From IMG/VR virus record IMGVR_UViG_3300037827_000133, positions 1 to 57,795 of that record: DNA of 57,795 nt. One strand, 5' to 3'. Both the position numbers and the translations under genes were made by a program. Each line of letters starts with the position of its first letter. The stretch's first letter is position 1. This stretch comes from a virus. This document shows positions 50,550 to 57,795 of the stretch, in pieces. The notes under the pieces are model-generated. The model saw nothing but the letters and a program-made list of their open reading frames with translations. It did not search any database and was not told the origin of the DNA.

Positions 50550-52107
50550 GTTCAACGTAACCAAGGTGGCCCCTGATGGATTCATGCATCATCAAGGCTT
50601 CGACGAGGTCATCGACTCGGTATCGTGGTCCCTCGCCTCCCTCGGCCACGGGGTCAACGTCACGCAGAACTGGTGGTCCGAGCAGCGTGAGACGAATATC
50701 GTATTCGGCGCGGAGTTGATGCCGGACTTCCAGCGATGTCCGCCCAATACGATATTTTTCAATCTTGAACAACCATCGCATCCCAATATGGCCACGGTGC
50801 GTAAGGTAGCTAAGGACTCTCACGCTATCGTGTGGGATTATAGCCAGAGATCGGTACAGGAGTGGAAGTCCGCAGGCCACGATCGCGTCGTCCACGTTCC
50901 GATTGGATATACAGAGAACCTTACAAGGATCCCTCATGCGACCCCGGACATTGATGTACTATTTGTTGGCTGGCTCACTGCTCGTCGCCGCGCTCTCATC
51001 GATGAGCTACAGAAGTATGGTCTTAATGTGTGTGCTAGCGCTGCTTGTTATGGCGGCGGCCGCGACCAACTCATCTCCCGGGCGAAAGTGATCCTCAACG
51101 TCCACCACGACGGACGGGACCGCTTCGAGATCGTGCGCGTCTCCTACGCGATGGCCAACGGCAAGTGTGTGGTCAGCGAATCCTCCTCCGACGACGACGA
51201 ATACGCGGACCTGCGCAACGGACTCTCCATATCCCCGTACCGTATGTTGGTAGAGTCGTGCCGCTCCTACTGTTCCTCGACGGCATCGCAGGAACGGCTT
51301 CACATGCAGGATAAGGCGATGGAACTGATCAAGAAGAGGGACTTCCCTGCCGCTATCGCCGCCGCCCTCGACGCATTCCCCCCGTCCACGTCCGCCTCCA
51401 TCCCCACCCCGTCCCGCCCTCTGGAATTCAAGATGGAGCGCGGCCAGCACCGGCGCGAGTTCATGGCGGAGGCACGCGGGCTCGCAGAGAAGCCACACGC
51501 CAAGGTCAAGGCGCGGTACGACGCGGCTCTGCGCTCCGGCGACATGCGCGACTTCGTGGCTTGGATGCGGGAGCACGCTCGCGGCAACGTGATGGAGATC
51601 GGCGTCCGCGATGGCGCATCCACATCGGCGTTCCTGCTGGGCGTCGAGGAGCACGGCGGCCATCTCTATTCCGTCGATGTCGATCCACGCTGCTCGCTCC
51701 TGTTCGAGGGCCATCCGCAGTGGACGTTCATCCACGCTAACTCGACCGACCGCAAAACAGTGTTCGCCAAGATCCCGTACGAGCTCGACGTCCTCCTCAT
51801 CGACGGCGACCATTCCAAGGCTGGCGTCCTGGCCGACCTCGAATACGCCCGCCTCGTCCGCCCCGGCGGCATGATCCTGTTCCACGACATCGCGCCGGAA
51901 AAAGTTCCCGATGGCTGCAACGACGCCTCGTGGCCGGGGGACGACGTGCGCGGCGTATACGAGGCTACGTGCCGCGGTCAGGCTACGCTGGGATGGACGC
52001 ACGAGGAACTCCCTGGCCGATACGGGATGGGCGTGCTGCATCGTCCTGTCGCCGCCGTGGCGAAGGAGGCCGCGAGTGAAGATACTGTTCCTGTCGAGCG
52101 GCGGTAA
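50542..52107 (+). CDS. Glycosyltransferase-like (GT-B C-terminal-half pattern) :: class I SAM methyltransferase fusion
   Basis: DVLFVGWLTARRRALIDEL..SRAKVILNVHH..FEIVRV..NGKCVVSE. C-terminal VMEIGVRDGASTSAFL and LLIDGDHS..LVRPGGMILFHD (Methyltransf_24-like). Confidence 0.6.
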   Translation: MAKFNVTKVAPDGFMHHQGFDEVIDSVSWSLASLGHGVNVTQNWWSEQRETNIVFGAELMPDFQRCPPNTIFFNLEQPSHPNMATVRKVAKDSHAIVWDYSQRSVQEWKSAGHDRVVHVPIGYTENLTRIPHATPDIDVLFVGWLTARRRALIDELQKYGLNVCASAACYGGGRDQLISRAKVILNVHHDGRDRFEIVRVSYAMANGKCVVSESSSDDDEYADLRNGLSISPYRMLVESCRSYCSSTASQERLHMQDKAMELIKKRDFPAAIAAALDAFPPSTSASIPTPSRPLEFKMERGQHRREFMAEARGLAEKPHAKVKARYDAALRSGDMRDFVAWMREHARGNVMEIGVRDGASTSAFLLGVEEHGGHLYSVDVDPRCSLLFEGHPQWTFIHANSTDRKTVFAKIPYELDVLLIDGDHSKAGVLADLEYARLVRPGGMILFHDIAPEKVPDGCNDASWPGDDVRGVYEATCRGQATLGWTHEELPGRYGMGVLHRPVAAVAKEAASEDTVPVERR

Positions 52108-52981
52108 CACCTGCGACTATCAACGTGACGCCTTATTTCATGGTCTACGTACTCTGCTCGGTTCAGGAGTGGTCGATGTCCATCGGATCGATACAATGTA
52201 CAAAGACTTCGGTGACGTATCTGGCCTCTACGGTCGTGGTATGACTTTATATGGATTGTTGGGAGACGACTCCGACGTAGACCGAACTGATATCCCTCGC
52301 AAGATCGCCAACAAATATTTCGACATCGTGCTCTATGGTAGCGTTCATAGGTGTCAAGACTACCTTCAGGAAGTGGCGTCCATGTACGATCCACGCCGCG
52401 TAATTTTCATCGACGGGGAGGATCACGCAGGATATCTCCAAGGACTAGGCGGGATTTATCTGAAGCGCGAGCTTTACAATGCGCAACCGAACGTGTGGCC
52501 GATTCATTTCGCTATCCCTGCTGAGAAAATTCTGTCTGACGCTCCGATAAAGTCTCGGCTTATGGCTCCCTGCGACCCCCTTAATCGCAAGACTTATATC
52601 TATAAGACGGAGCAGGAATACTACGCTCAATACGCTGATAGTTACTACGCCCCAACTATGAAAAAAGCAGGATGGGAAGCGCTTCGCCACGAGGAAATTT
52701 TGTCGCAGTGGTGCCTGCCGTATTTCCGAGTGATGGATCAGTTGCCAAACTTAATCTGTCATAAGCTGCCCCGGCTCGAACTAATGCTAGTGAAGTCGAT
52801 GGTAGAGTATTGGGCCGACACAAAAAACGGTAATATTCGTGACCTGCTCATTGATCTATGGGCAGCTATCATTGATAGGGTGATGAAGGTCGTGCGGGAG
52901 GAGTTGACTACGGTTGCGCTAGCTAAGTACGTGCTTAACATAGTTGGAGTGAAAGAACTATGCCCTGTGCTTACGTTATAG
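52076..52981 (+). CDS. Hypothetical protein, possibly glycan-biosynthesis related (301 aa)
   Basis: GAAGGAGG RBS before GTG 52076. AT-richer. KILFLSSGG...FIDGEDH...YLKRELY pattern recalled from polysaccharide loci. Weak. Confidence 0.45.
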   Translation: MKILFLSSGGNTCDYQRDALFHGLRTLLGSGVVDVHRIDTMYKDFGDVSGLYGRGMTLYGLLGDDSDVDRTDIPRKIANKYFDIVLYGSVHRCQDYLQEVASMYDPRRVIFIDGEDHAGYLQGLGGIYLKRELYNAQPNVWPIHFAIPAEKILSDAPIKSRLMAPCDPLNRKTYIYKTEQEYYAQYADSYYAPTMKKAGWEALRHEEILSQWCLPYFRVMDQLPNLICHKLPRLELMLVKSMVEYWADTKNGNIRDLLIDLWAAIIDRVMKVVREELTTVALAKYVLNIVGVKELCPVLTL

Positions 52982-53619
52982 AAAACTTGGTCAATGGGAA
53001 ACTATATGTTGGTTTTACTAGTGGAGAGTTTACCGTCCGTTGGAAAAGACATCAGTTGGCGGCTGCACATGGATACCAGACGTATTTCATATACGCGCTG
53101 CGAAAGTATGGCGTCGTCTGTTTCCGTCCTGTGGCCGTGTTTGAGTGTTCGTCGGCGGAAGAGGGTAAGCTCATGGAGATTTTTCTCATAGCCTTATTTG
53201 ATACGCAAGATGCAAAGCGTGGCTACAACCTAACTGCTGGTGGAGATGGAATGTTGAATCCTACACCAGAAACTCGTCGTAAAATAAGCGAAGCTGGCAA
53301 GGGGCGGGTTCTATCTGAGGAAGCACGCCGTAAGATATCAGAAAGCAAGCTAGGTAACAAAGTCTGGGTGGGACGAAAACATTCTGAGGATACCAAGCGT
53401 AAGATGAGCTTGGCTTCTAAGGGAAACCTAAGATGTTTGGGAAAGAAATATAACCTTACTCCTGAACAGCGCGAATCTAGACGAGTTCGTATGCTGGGCA
53501 ATATTAACTCTAAGGGAATAGTGATGTCTGAGGAATCCAAGCGCAAGAAGTCTCTGGCCATGCTGCGGTATTGGTCCTCGATCGGCGTCTCTCGCAAGGA
53601 GTCCGTCCAGTGCGTCTGA
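52960..53619 (+). CDS. GIY-YIG homing endonuclease with NUMOD3-like repeats
   Basis: YVIENLVNGKLYVGFT..R...H. Repeated S-E-E-[AS]-[RK]-R-K-[IK]-S modules. Confidence 0.88.
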   Translation: MPCAYVIENLVNGKLYVGFTSGEFTVRWKRHQLAAAHGYQTYFIYALRKYGVVCFRPVAVFECSSAEEGKLMEIFLIALFDTQDAKRGYNLTAGGDGMLNPTPETRRKISEAGKGRVLSEEARRKISESKLGNKVWVGRKHSEDTKRKMSLASKGNLRCLGKKYNLTPEQRESRRVRMLGNINSKGIVMSEESKRKKSLAMLRYWSSIGVSRKESVQCV

Positions 53620-54515
53620 TCCTCGATGGTGAACGCGCCAAGAAGCTCCGCGTCTGGATCCTGATCCCCGCCGCCGGCGACCTCATCCACGCCACTTTCT
53701 CCACCCACCTGATCACCCTCCTCGGCCTCCTCCGCCTCCACGGGATCTGGTACAAGCTCCACTACCTCCCCGGCGACTCCCTGATCACGCGCGCGCGGAA
53801 CAACCTCGCGTCCATCTTCATGTCATCCTCCGCCGACGACGACTGTGACTTCGCGCTATGGCTGGACGTGGACATCCTGTTCGACCCGCAGTCCGTCCTG
53901 CAGATGCTATCCCTGGACCTCGACTTCGTCGCCGCACCGTACTCTAAGAAGGGATTCCACATCGACCGGATGCGGGCGGCCGCAGAGTTAGGATGGACGA
54001 ACGACCGTGTGATGGCCGTAGTGGGCACACCGAACGTCAATTGGGTCACCAACCCGATCCGCTGCGACGAGCCCATGCCGGTCCTCGAGGCTGGCTCCGG
54101 CTTCTGGCTGGTCAAGCGGAAAGTGTTCCGTATGATGGCCGACTCCCTGCCCGAGATCCGCTACCGCCGATCCCACGAGGAGACCGCACACTACGGCACC
54201 GACCACGCGCACGACTTCTTCCGCGTGGGCGTATGGCCGGAGACATCCGAGTACCTGTCCGAGGATTGGTGGTTCTGTCGCCAGTGGCGCAACCTCGGCG
54301 GGACGGTGTACTGTTGCTTCTGGATCAAGACGCATCACATCGGGCCGTATCTGTACCCGATGGACATGCCCGTGATCGCGGACTTACTGACACAGACCGG
54401 AGGATTCATCAATGCCGAAACCAAGCCCAACCGCACCGGAGTCAACGGACGGGATCACACCGAAGACGGACGACCCGCGCCCGATCAAGCAGCAGTCCCG
54501 AGCGATCCAGGCTAG
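53610..54515 (+). CDS. GT-A-type glycosyltransferase candidate
   Basis: WLDVDILFDP (DxD-like) and SEDWWFCRQWRNLGG pattern. Start GTG 53610 or TTG 53571. Confidence 0.5.
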   Translation: MRLILDGERAKKLRVWILIPAAGDLIHATFSTHLITLLGLLRLHGIWYKLHYLPGDSLITRARNNLASIFMSSSADDDCDFALWLDVDILFDPQSVLQMLSLDLDFVAAPYSKKGFHIDRMRAAAELGWTNDRVMAVVGTPNVNWVTNPIRCDEPMPVLEAGSGFWLVKRKVFRMMADSLPEIRYRRSHEETAHYGTDHAHDFFRVGVWPETSEYLSEDWWFCRQWRNLGGTVYCCFWIKTHHIGPYLYPMDMPVIADLLTQTGGFINAETKPNRTGVNGRDHTEDGRPAPDQAAVPSDPG

Positions 54516-54933
54516 GTGGGCGGCTGAGCAAGCCACGGAAGATTCCCTCCGCGCCCACTTCCTCGCGCTCCCACTGGACAAGGCGTTGGCGTTGCTCGGC
54601 CAGATGCGCCACAACTGCGAACTCGCGGGCCAGATCCTCAACTCCCGCATCAACGTCCCGGAGGAGCAGAAGTGCGAGACCTGTCACAAGACGTATGAGT
54701 CACTCACGAAGTCCGGGATGCGGGATTGGTTTCTGAACCAGCCGTATTTTGATCGAGAGGATAGGAACATCATCCACGTCCGCCACTTCTGTTCCGGCGC
54801 CTGCATCTCCCTCTACAACAACAAGACGCAGGGCGTGAAGGGAGTCGCGGATCGTGGTATGCGCCCCGAGGATAATCCTAAGAATCATCCGAACCGAACG
54901 CACGCAGCGCAGACTGAACTGACGAAGGGCTGA
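54412..54933 (+). CDS. Small terminase subunit candidate (position only)
   Basis: GGAGGA RBS 8 nt before ATG 54412. Directly precedes and abuts the large terminase. Contains CETC...CSGAC. Confidence 0.3.
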   Translation: MPKPSPTAPESTDGITPKTDDPRPIKQQSRAIQARWAAEQATEDSLRAHFLALPLDKALALLGQMRHNCELAGQILNSRINVPEEQKCETCHKTYESLTKSGMRDWFLNQPYFDREDRNIIHVRHFCSGACISLYNNKTQGVKGVADRGMRPEDNPKNHPNRTHAAQTELTKG

Positions 54934-56696
54934 TGCTTAACCTTGACCATTTTGAAAAGTTCTGCGCGTGTCTCAAGATCAAACACAGAGACACTGGCAA
55001 GATGGTCCCCTTCATCTTCAATCCTTCGCAGCGCAAGATCATAGAAAAGCTGAAGGATCACCAGCGCAAGAAGCGGCACATGTGGATGATCTACCTTAAA
55101 GCCCGCCGCCTAGGAATCTCCCGCCTGATGCTGGCACTTGGCATAGCCCACGCCTTGCAGAAGCAGAACTCCAACGGGAAGATAGTCGCGCAACTAACGG
55201 AGACTGCGAAGGAACTATTCACCCAAGCCAAGGACTTCTCCGAGCAACTCCCCTGTCGTCTTCCTCCACCAACGCAACGTGAACTCTACTTTCCTCATTC
55301 AGGCGGAGTATCTGTCTTCAGTCGCGCTACAGCCAAGACGGTAATTGGCGGGCGCGGCATGACTCACTCCTTCCTGCATCTCACCGAGGCGGCATTCTAT
55401 CCCGGCGCGGATTCCTTCATAGCGCTACTGAACACAGTCTCCGCTGCCGATCCTGATAACGCTGTAGGCATCGAGACTACGGCGAACGGCGTAGAAGGTC
55501 CGGGGGAGGCATATTACGAGTACTGGAAAGCAGCAGAAACAGGAGACAACGAGTTTCTGGCGATCTTCCTTCCGGTCTGGGAAGATCCGGGAACATTTCT
55601 ACCCGATAAGTTGGCTCCCGACGCTCCACGCGACGACTACGAGAAGTGGCTCATGCAGGAGTTCAAGTGTACTCCGGGGCAGATAGCATGGTTCCGATCT
55701 ACACTCGAAACTAAATGCGGCGGGTCAATTTACAAATGGCGTCAAGAGTATCCATCAACTCCAGACGAGGCGTTCGTTTCCTCTGGTGAGCCGATCTTCG
55801 ACTTCGAGGAATTGGATTACATGCGGAAGAGTTGCTCCGACCCTCTGGCCAAGGGCGACGTCCAAGGCCCGCCCGGCGATATGTTCTTCATCGAGAAGCG
55901 CGACGGGCCGCTCTACCTGTGGGAGAAGCCTGCTCCGCTCACTCACTACTTCGTGGGCGTCGATGCGGCCAAGGGCGTCGAAGAGGGCGACTTCGCAGCC
56001 ATCGTCGGCTGGAACGCGGAGACCGGCGAGCAGGCGTTCCGCTACGCTGGCCGCGTCGGCCCAGAGGCGCTGGCCGAGAAGGTGAACTATCTGTGTCGCT
56101 GGTACAACAAGGCGATGGTGAACGTAGAGGTCACGGGTGGGTGGGGGTATATTGTCGTCAAGGCCCTGCGCGACCAGTTCCACTATCCCAATCAGTATTT
56201 ATGGAGGAGTCGCGATGATAAGCCAGACACTAAACCCCGTCAAGCTCTGGGTTGGGAAACTACTGATCGCACTCGCCAAATGTTGTTTAATGTGTTCCGC
56301 ACGGCTATCAGGAACTCACTTCCCAAAAACTACGGAGACGGAGTACCTGTTCAACGTAGGGAGATCATCGTTAAGGATATACAGCTCTACAGTCAATGCT
56401 CAAAGGCGCAAAGTGACATTGGTTTTCGATGGCGGGTGTTGAAAGGCCACGACGACATCGCAATGGCCGCGTGGCTCGGCTGGATCGCGCTGGCCCACTA
56501 CCACATCCCGCACCCGGACCTCCGCGTCGTTGCCAACACGATGGCGGCGAACGAACCACGCCTGCCGCTCACCATCCAGGATTCCCCCGAGACCACCTCG
56601 CAGGGCGTCCTGGGCATGACGTCGGAGAAGCACCTGGCCCGCGTGATGAACTTCCACAAGAACCGCGTGGGAGAGGATAGACTGAGGGGTATATGA
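54933..56696 (+). CDS. terL: Terminase large subunit
   Basis: YLKARRLGISR (Walker A variant), FLHLTEAAF (Walker B), ETTANG, nuclease-domain VGVDAAKG..DFAAIV. Confidence 0.9.
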   Translation: MLNLDHFEKFCACLKIKHRDTGKMVPFIFNPSQRKIIEKLKDHQRKKRHMWMIYLKARRLGISRLMLALGIAHALQKQNSNGKIVAQLTETAKELFTQAKDFSEQLPCRLPPPTQRELYFPHSGGVSVFSRATAKTVIGGRGMTHSFLHLTEAAFYPGADSFIALLNTVSAADPDNAVGIETTANGVEGPGEAYYEYWKAAETGDNEFLAIFLPVWEDPGTFLPDKLAPDAPRDDYEKWLMQEFKCTPGQIAWFRSTLETKCGGSIYKWRQEYPSTPDEAFVSSGEPIFDFEELDYMRKSCSDPLAKGDVQGPPGDMFFIEKRDGPLYLWEKPAPLTHYFVGVDAAKGVEEGDFAAIVGWNAETGEQAFRYAGRVGPEALAEKVNYLCRWYNKAMVNVEVTGGWGYIVVKALRDQFHYPNQYLWRSRDDKPDTKPRQALGWETTDRTRQMLFNVFRTAIRNSLPKNYGDGVPVQRREIIVKDIQLYSQCSKAQSDIGFRWRVLKGHDDIAMAAWLGWIALAHYHIPHPDLRVVANTMAANEPRLPLTIQDSPETTSQGVLGMTSEKHLARVMNFHKNRVGEDRLRGI

Positions 56697-57139
56697 GCCC
56701 ACGTGATCCGTTCGCATTCCTCGACGCCGAGTCGGCCCAGCGCCGCGTCCTGATCCTCCTGCTCGCCATCCTCCGCAAGTCCGGCGGCGAGGTTACATTG
56801 GACTTGGCCGACCTGACCGCCATCGACGACGGTGCCTCCTTCCACAAATACCCCAGTGACACCGGCACCTCCCTCGTGCTACGATTCGCGCGACGGGGTG
56901 CGGAAGCGTACTTCCTCTCACCTGCCGAGGCCGACGCATCGAAACCGACTCCAACTCGATCCTCACGCCCCACTGTGGAGACGTCGCCCTCCCAGCCCCG
57001 TCACGCGGTTCACGACGATATCGACCTGGCGATGCGCGAGGAAGAGATGGCGGCGCGGGCATCGACGGCGCAAGCGGATCGCCTCCGTCAAGCGAGAGCC
57101 GAAGCCGGGGCGATGCCGTGGCGGACCCGACCGTCGTAA
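56693..57139 (+). CDS. Hypothetical protein, 148 aa
   Basis: Track ORF, ATGA-type coupling to terL. Confidence 0.5.
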   Translation: MSPRDPFAFLDAESAQRRVLILLLAILRKSGGEVTLDLADLTAIDDGASFHKYPSDTGTSLVLRFARRGAEAYFLSPAEADASKPTPTRSSRPTVETSPSQPRHAVHDDIDLAMREEEMAARASTAQADRLRQARAEAGAMPWRTRPS

Positions 57140-57420
57140 CCGGCGACCCGGTCAAGGATCGCCTCACGGCGCTTAGCGTATTCGAACGTATATCTCGTTC
57201 CTTCGCCACCGGATTCGACAATTCCGAGCCACAGGCGTACGGCGACCTACTCAAAGACCTGATGGACAACTCTGCCCTGCTCGTCTCGGGTGGCCTGATG
57301 TCGGCGAAGGAACTCCTCGACAAGATCGAAGACTTGCAGCAACATATACGTAAGGGCGGCACCGGTGGGCGCTCGGTCACGGACGAATTCTGCGCGTGGT
57401 TAAATGGAGAGGAGTCCTGA
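57118..57420 (+). CDS. Hypothetical protein, 100 aa
   Basis: Track ORF (GTG start). Confidence 0.45.
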   Translation: MADPTVVTGDPVKDRLTALSVFERISRSFATGFDNSEPQAYGDLLKDLMDNSALLVSGGLMSAKELLDKIEDLQQHIRKGGTGGRSVTDEFCAWLNGEES

Positions 57421-57623
57421 TGGCAGACGGCGATAGATACGCAGCAGATGCTGGCGGCGTATGGAATAAGCACACTGGCTCATACGAGTCTACTGATGCA
57501 CCGCGTCCTCCGGTGCCCACTTATCGCTATGCGCAGAAGGAAGCGATGAAGCGTGGCGATTCCTCTACTTACTTTATGCGTAAGACCGAGCGCAAGAATA
57601 AGCGCGGCAAGGGACGCACCTGA
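57420..57623 (+). CDS. Hypothetical protein with basic C-terminus, 67 aa
   Basis: TGATG coupling at 57420. ...RKTERKNKRGKGRT. Confidence 0.45.
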   Translation: MADGDRYAADAGGVWNKHTGSYESTDAPRPPVPTYRYAQKEAMKRGDSSTYFMRKTERKNKRGKGRT

Positions 57624-57624
57624 G

Positions 57625-57795
57625 ATGCACTTCATCGTCCAGTCCGGCATCGTCGAGTGTCCCGCGTGCGGCATCGGCCTCTCGAAGCAGCGCGAGCAGG
57701 ACCGCCGCGTCCACATCATGAAGCACGAGGGCGCGGAGTTCTGCTCCCTCCACAATCGCATCTTCCGCGTGGATCGACTCAGCGGGTTCGGGGAG
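57625..57795 (+). CDS. 5' part of the small Zn-finger-like ORF that crosses the genome junction (continues at 128-145)
   Basis: ATG 57625. No stop before the window end. Confidence 0.5.
   Translation, partial: MHFIVQSGIVECPACGIGLSKQREQDRRVHIMKHEGAEFCSLHNRIFRVDRLSGFGE
57669..57795. repeat. Terminal direct repeat, identical to 1-127
   Basis: Direct comparison of both ends. Confidence 0.97.

Overview
The window appears to be a complete, closed genome of a GC-rich tailed dsDNA phage. Bases 1-127 are identical to 57669-57795, leaving about 57,668 bp of unique sequence. All family assignments below come from motifs read by eye in the supplied translations; no database search was run.

Layout:
- Rightward arm, about 47.4 kb through the end junction to 30.8 kb. 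It carries an XRE-type HTH regulator and small early genes, a glycosyltransferase/methyltransferase cluster, small and large terminase, and a portal candidate. Then come scaffold, major capsid, adaptor-like and nozzle-like proteins, internal virion proteins, a 1,880-aa fibre and three more fibre/spike-like ORFs. It ends with membrane/lysis genes, a glycosyltransferase-sulfotransferase fusion and a papain-like peptidase.
- Leftward replication/recombination arm, 43.0 to 30.7 kb. It carries a Cas4-like PD-(D/E)XK nuclease, a Cys-based phosphatase, a Sak4-like ATPase, a DUF669-like protein and an SF1B helicase. It also carries a PAPS-reductase-like PP-loop enzyme and a UDG-like::family A DNA polymerase fusion.
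- Leftward early arm, 47.3 to 44.5 kb.
- One isolated rightward gene, 43450-44505.

The structural gene order is podovirus-like (T7-supergroup-like). I recognised no phage RNA polymerase, integrase, tRNA, CRISPR array or reverse transcriptase.

Four homing-endonuclease genes sit in AT-richer islands next to essential genes: one LAGLIDADG, two GIY-YIG and one HNH.

Most noteworthy:
- Dispersed glycan-modification genes: a GT-sulfotransferase fusion, a GT-methyltransferase fusion and further GT-like genes, plus a PAPS-reductase-like enzyme elsewhere.
- An acyl-carrier-protein + GNAT pair inside the virion module.
- A Tlde1/DUF2778-like L,D-transpeptidase-fold gene next to a lipoprotein, in place of a canonical endolysin.
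- Four consecutive fibre-like ORFs with Sec-type signal peptides.
- An in-frame TGA between a strong RBS/ATG and the portal ORF.
- A 9-mer, CTCGAGGTG, clustered in the early region.
- Junction duplications flanking inserted genes.

The host is unknown. CarboxypepD_reg-like, signal-peptide-bearing N-termini and the GC content loosely suggest a soil Gram-negative host such as Acidobacteriota; this is a low-confidence inference.
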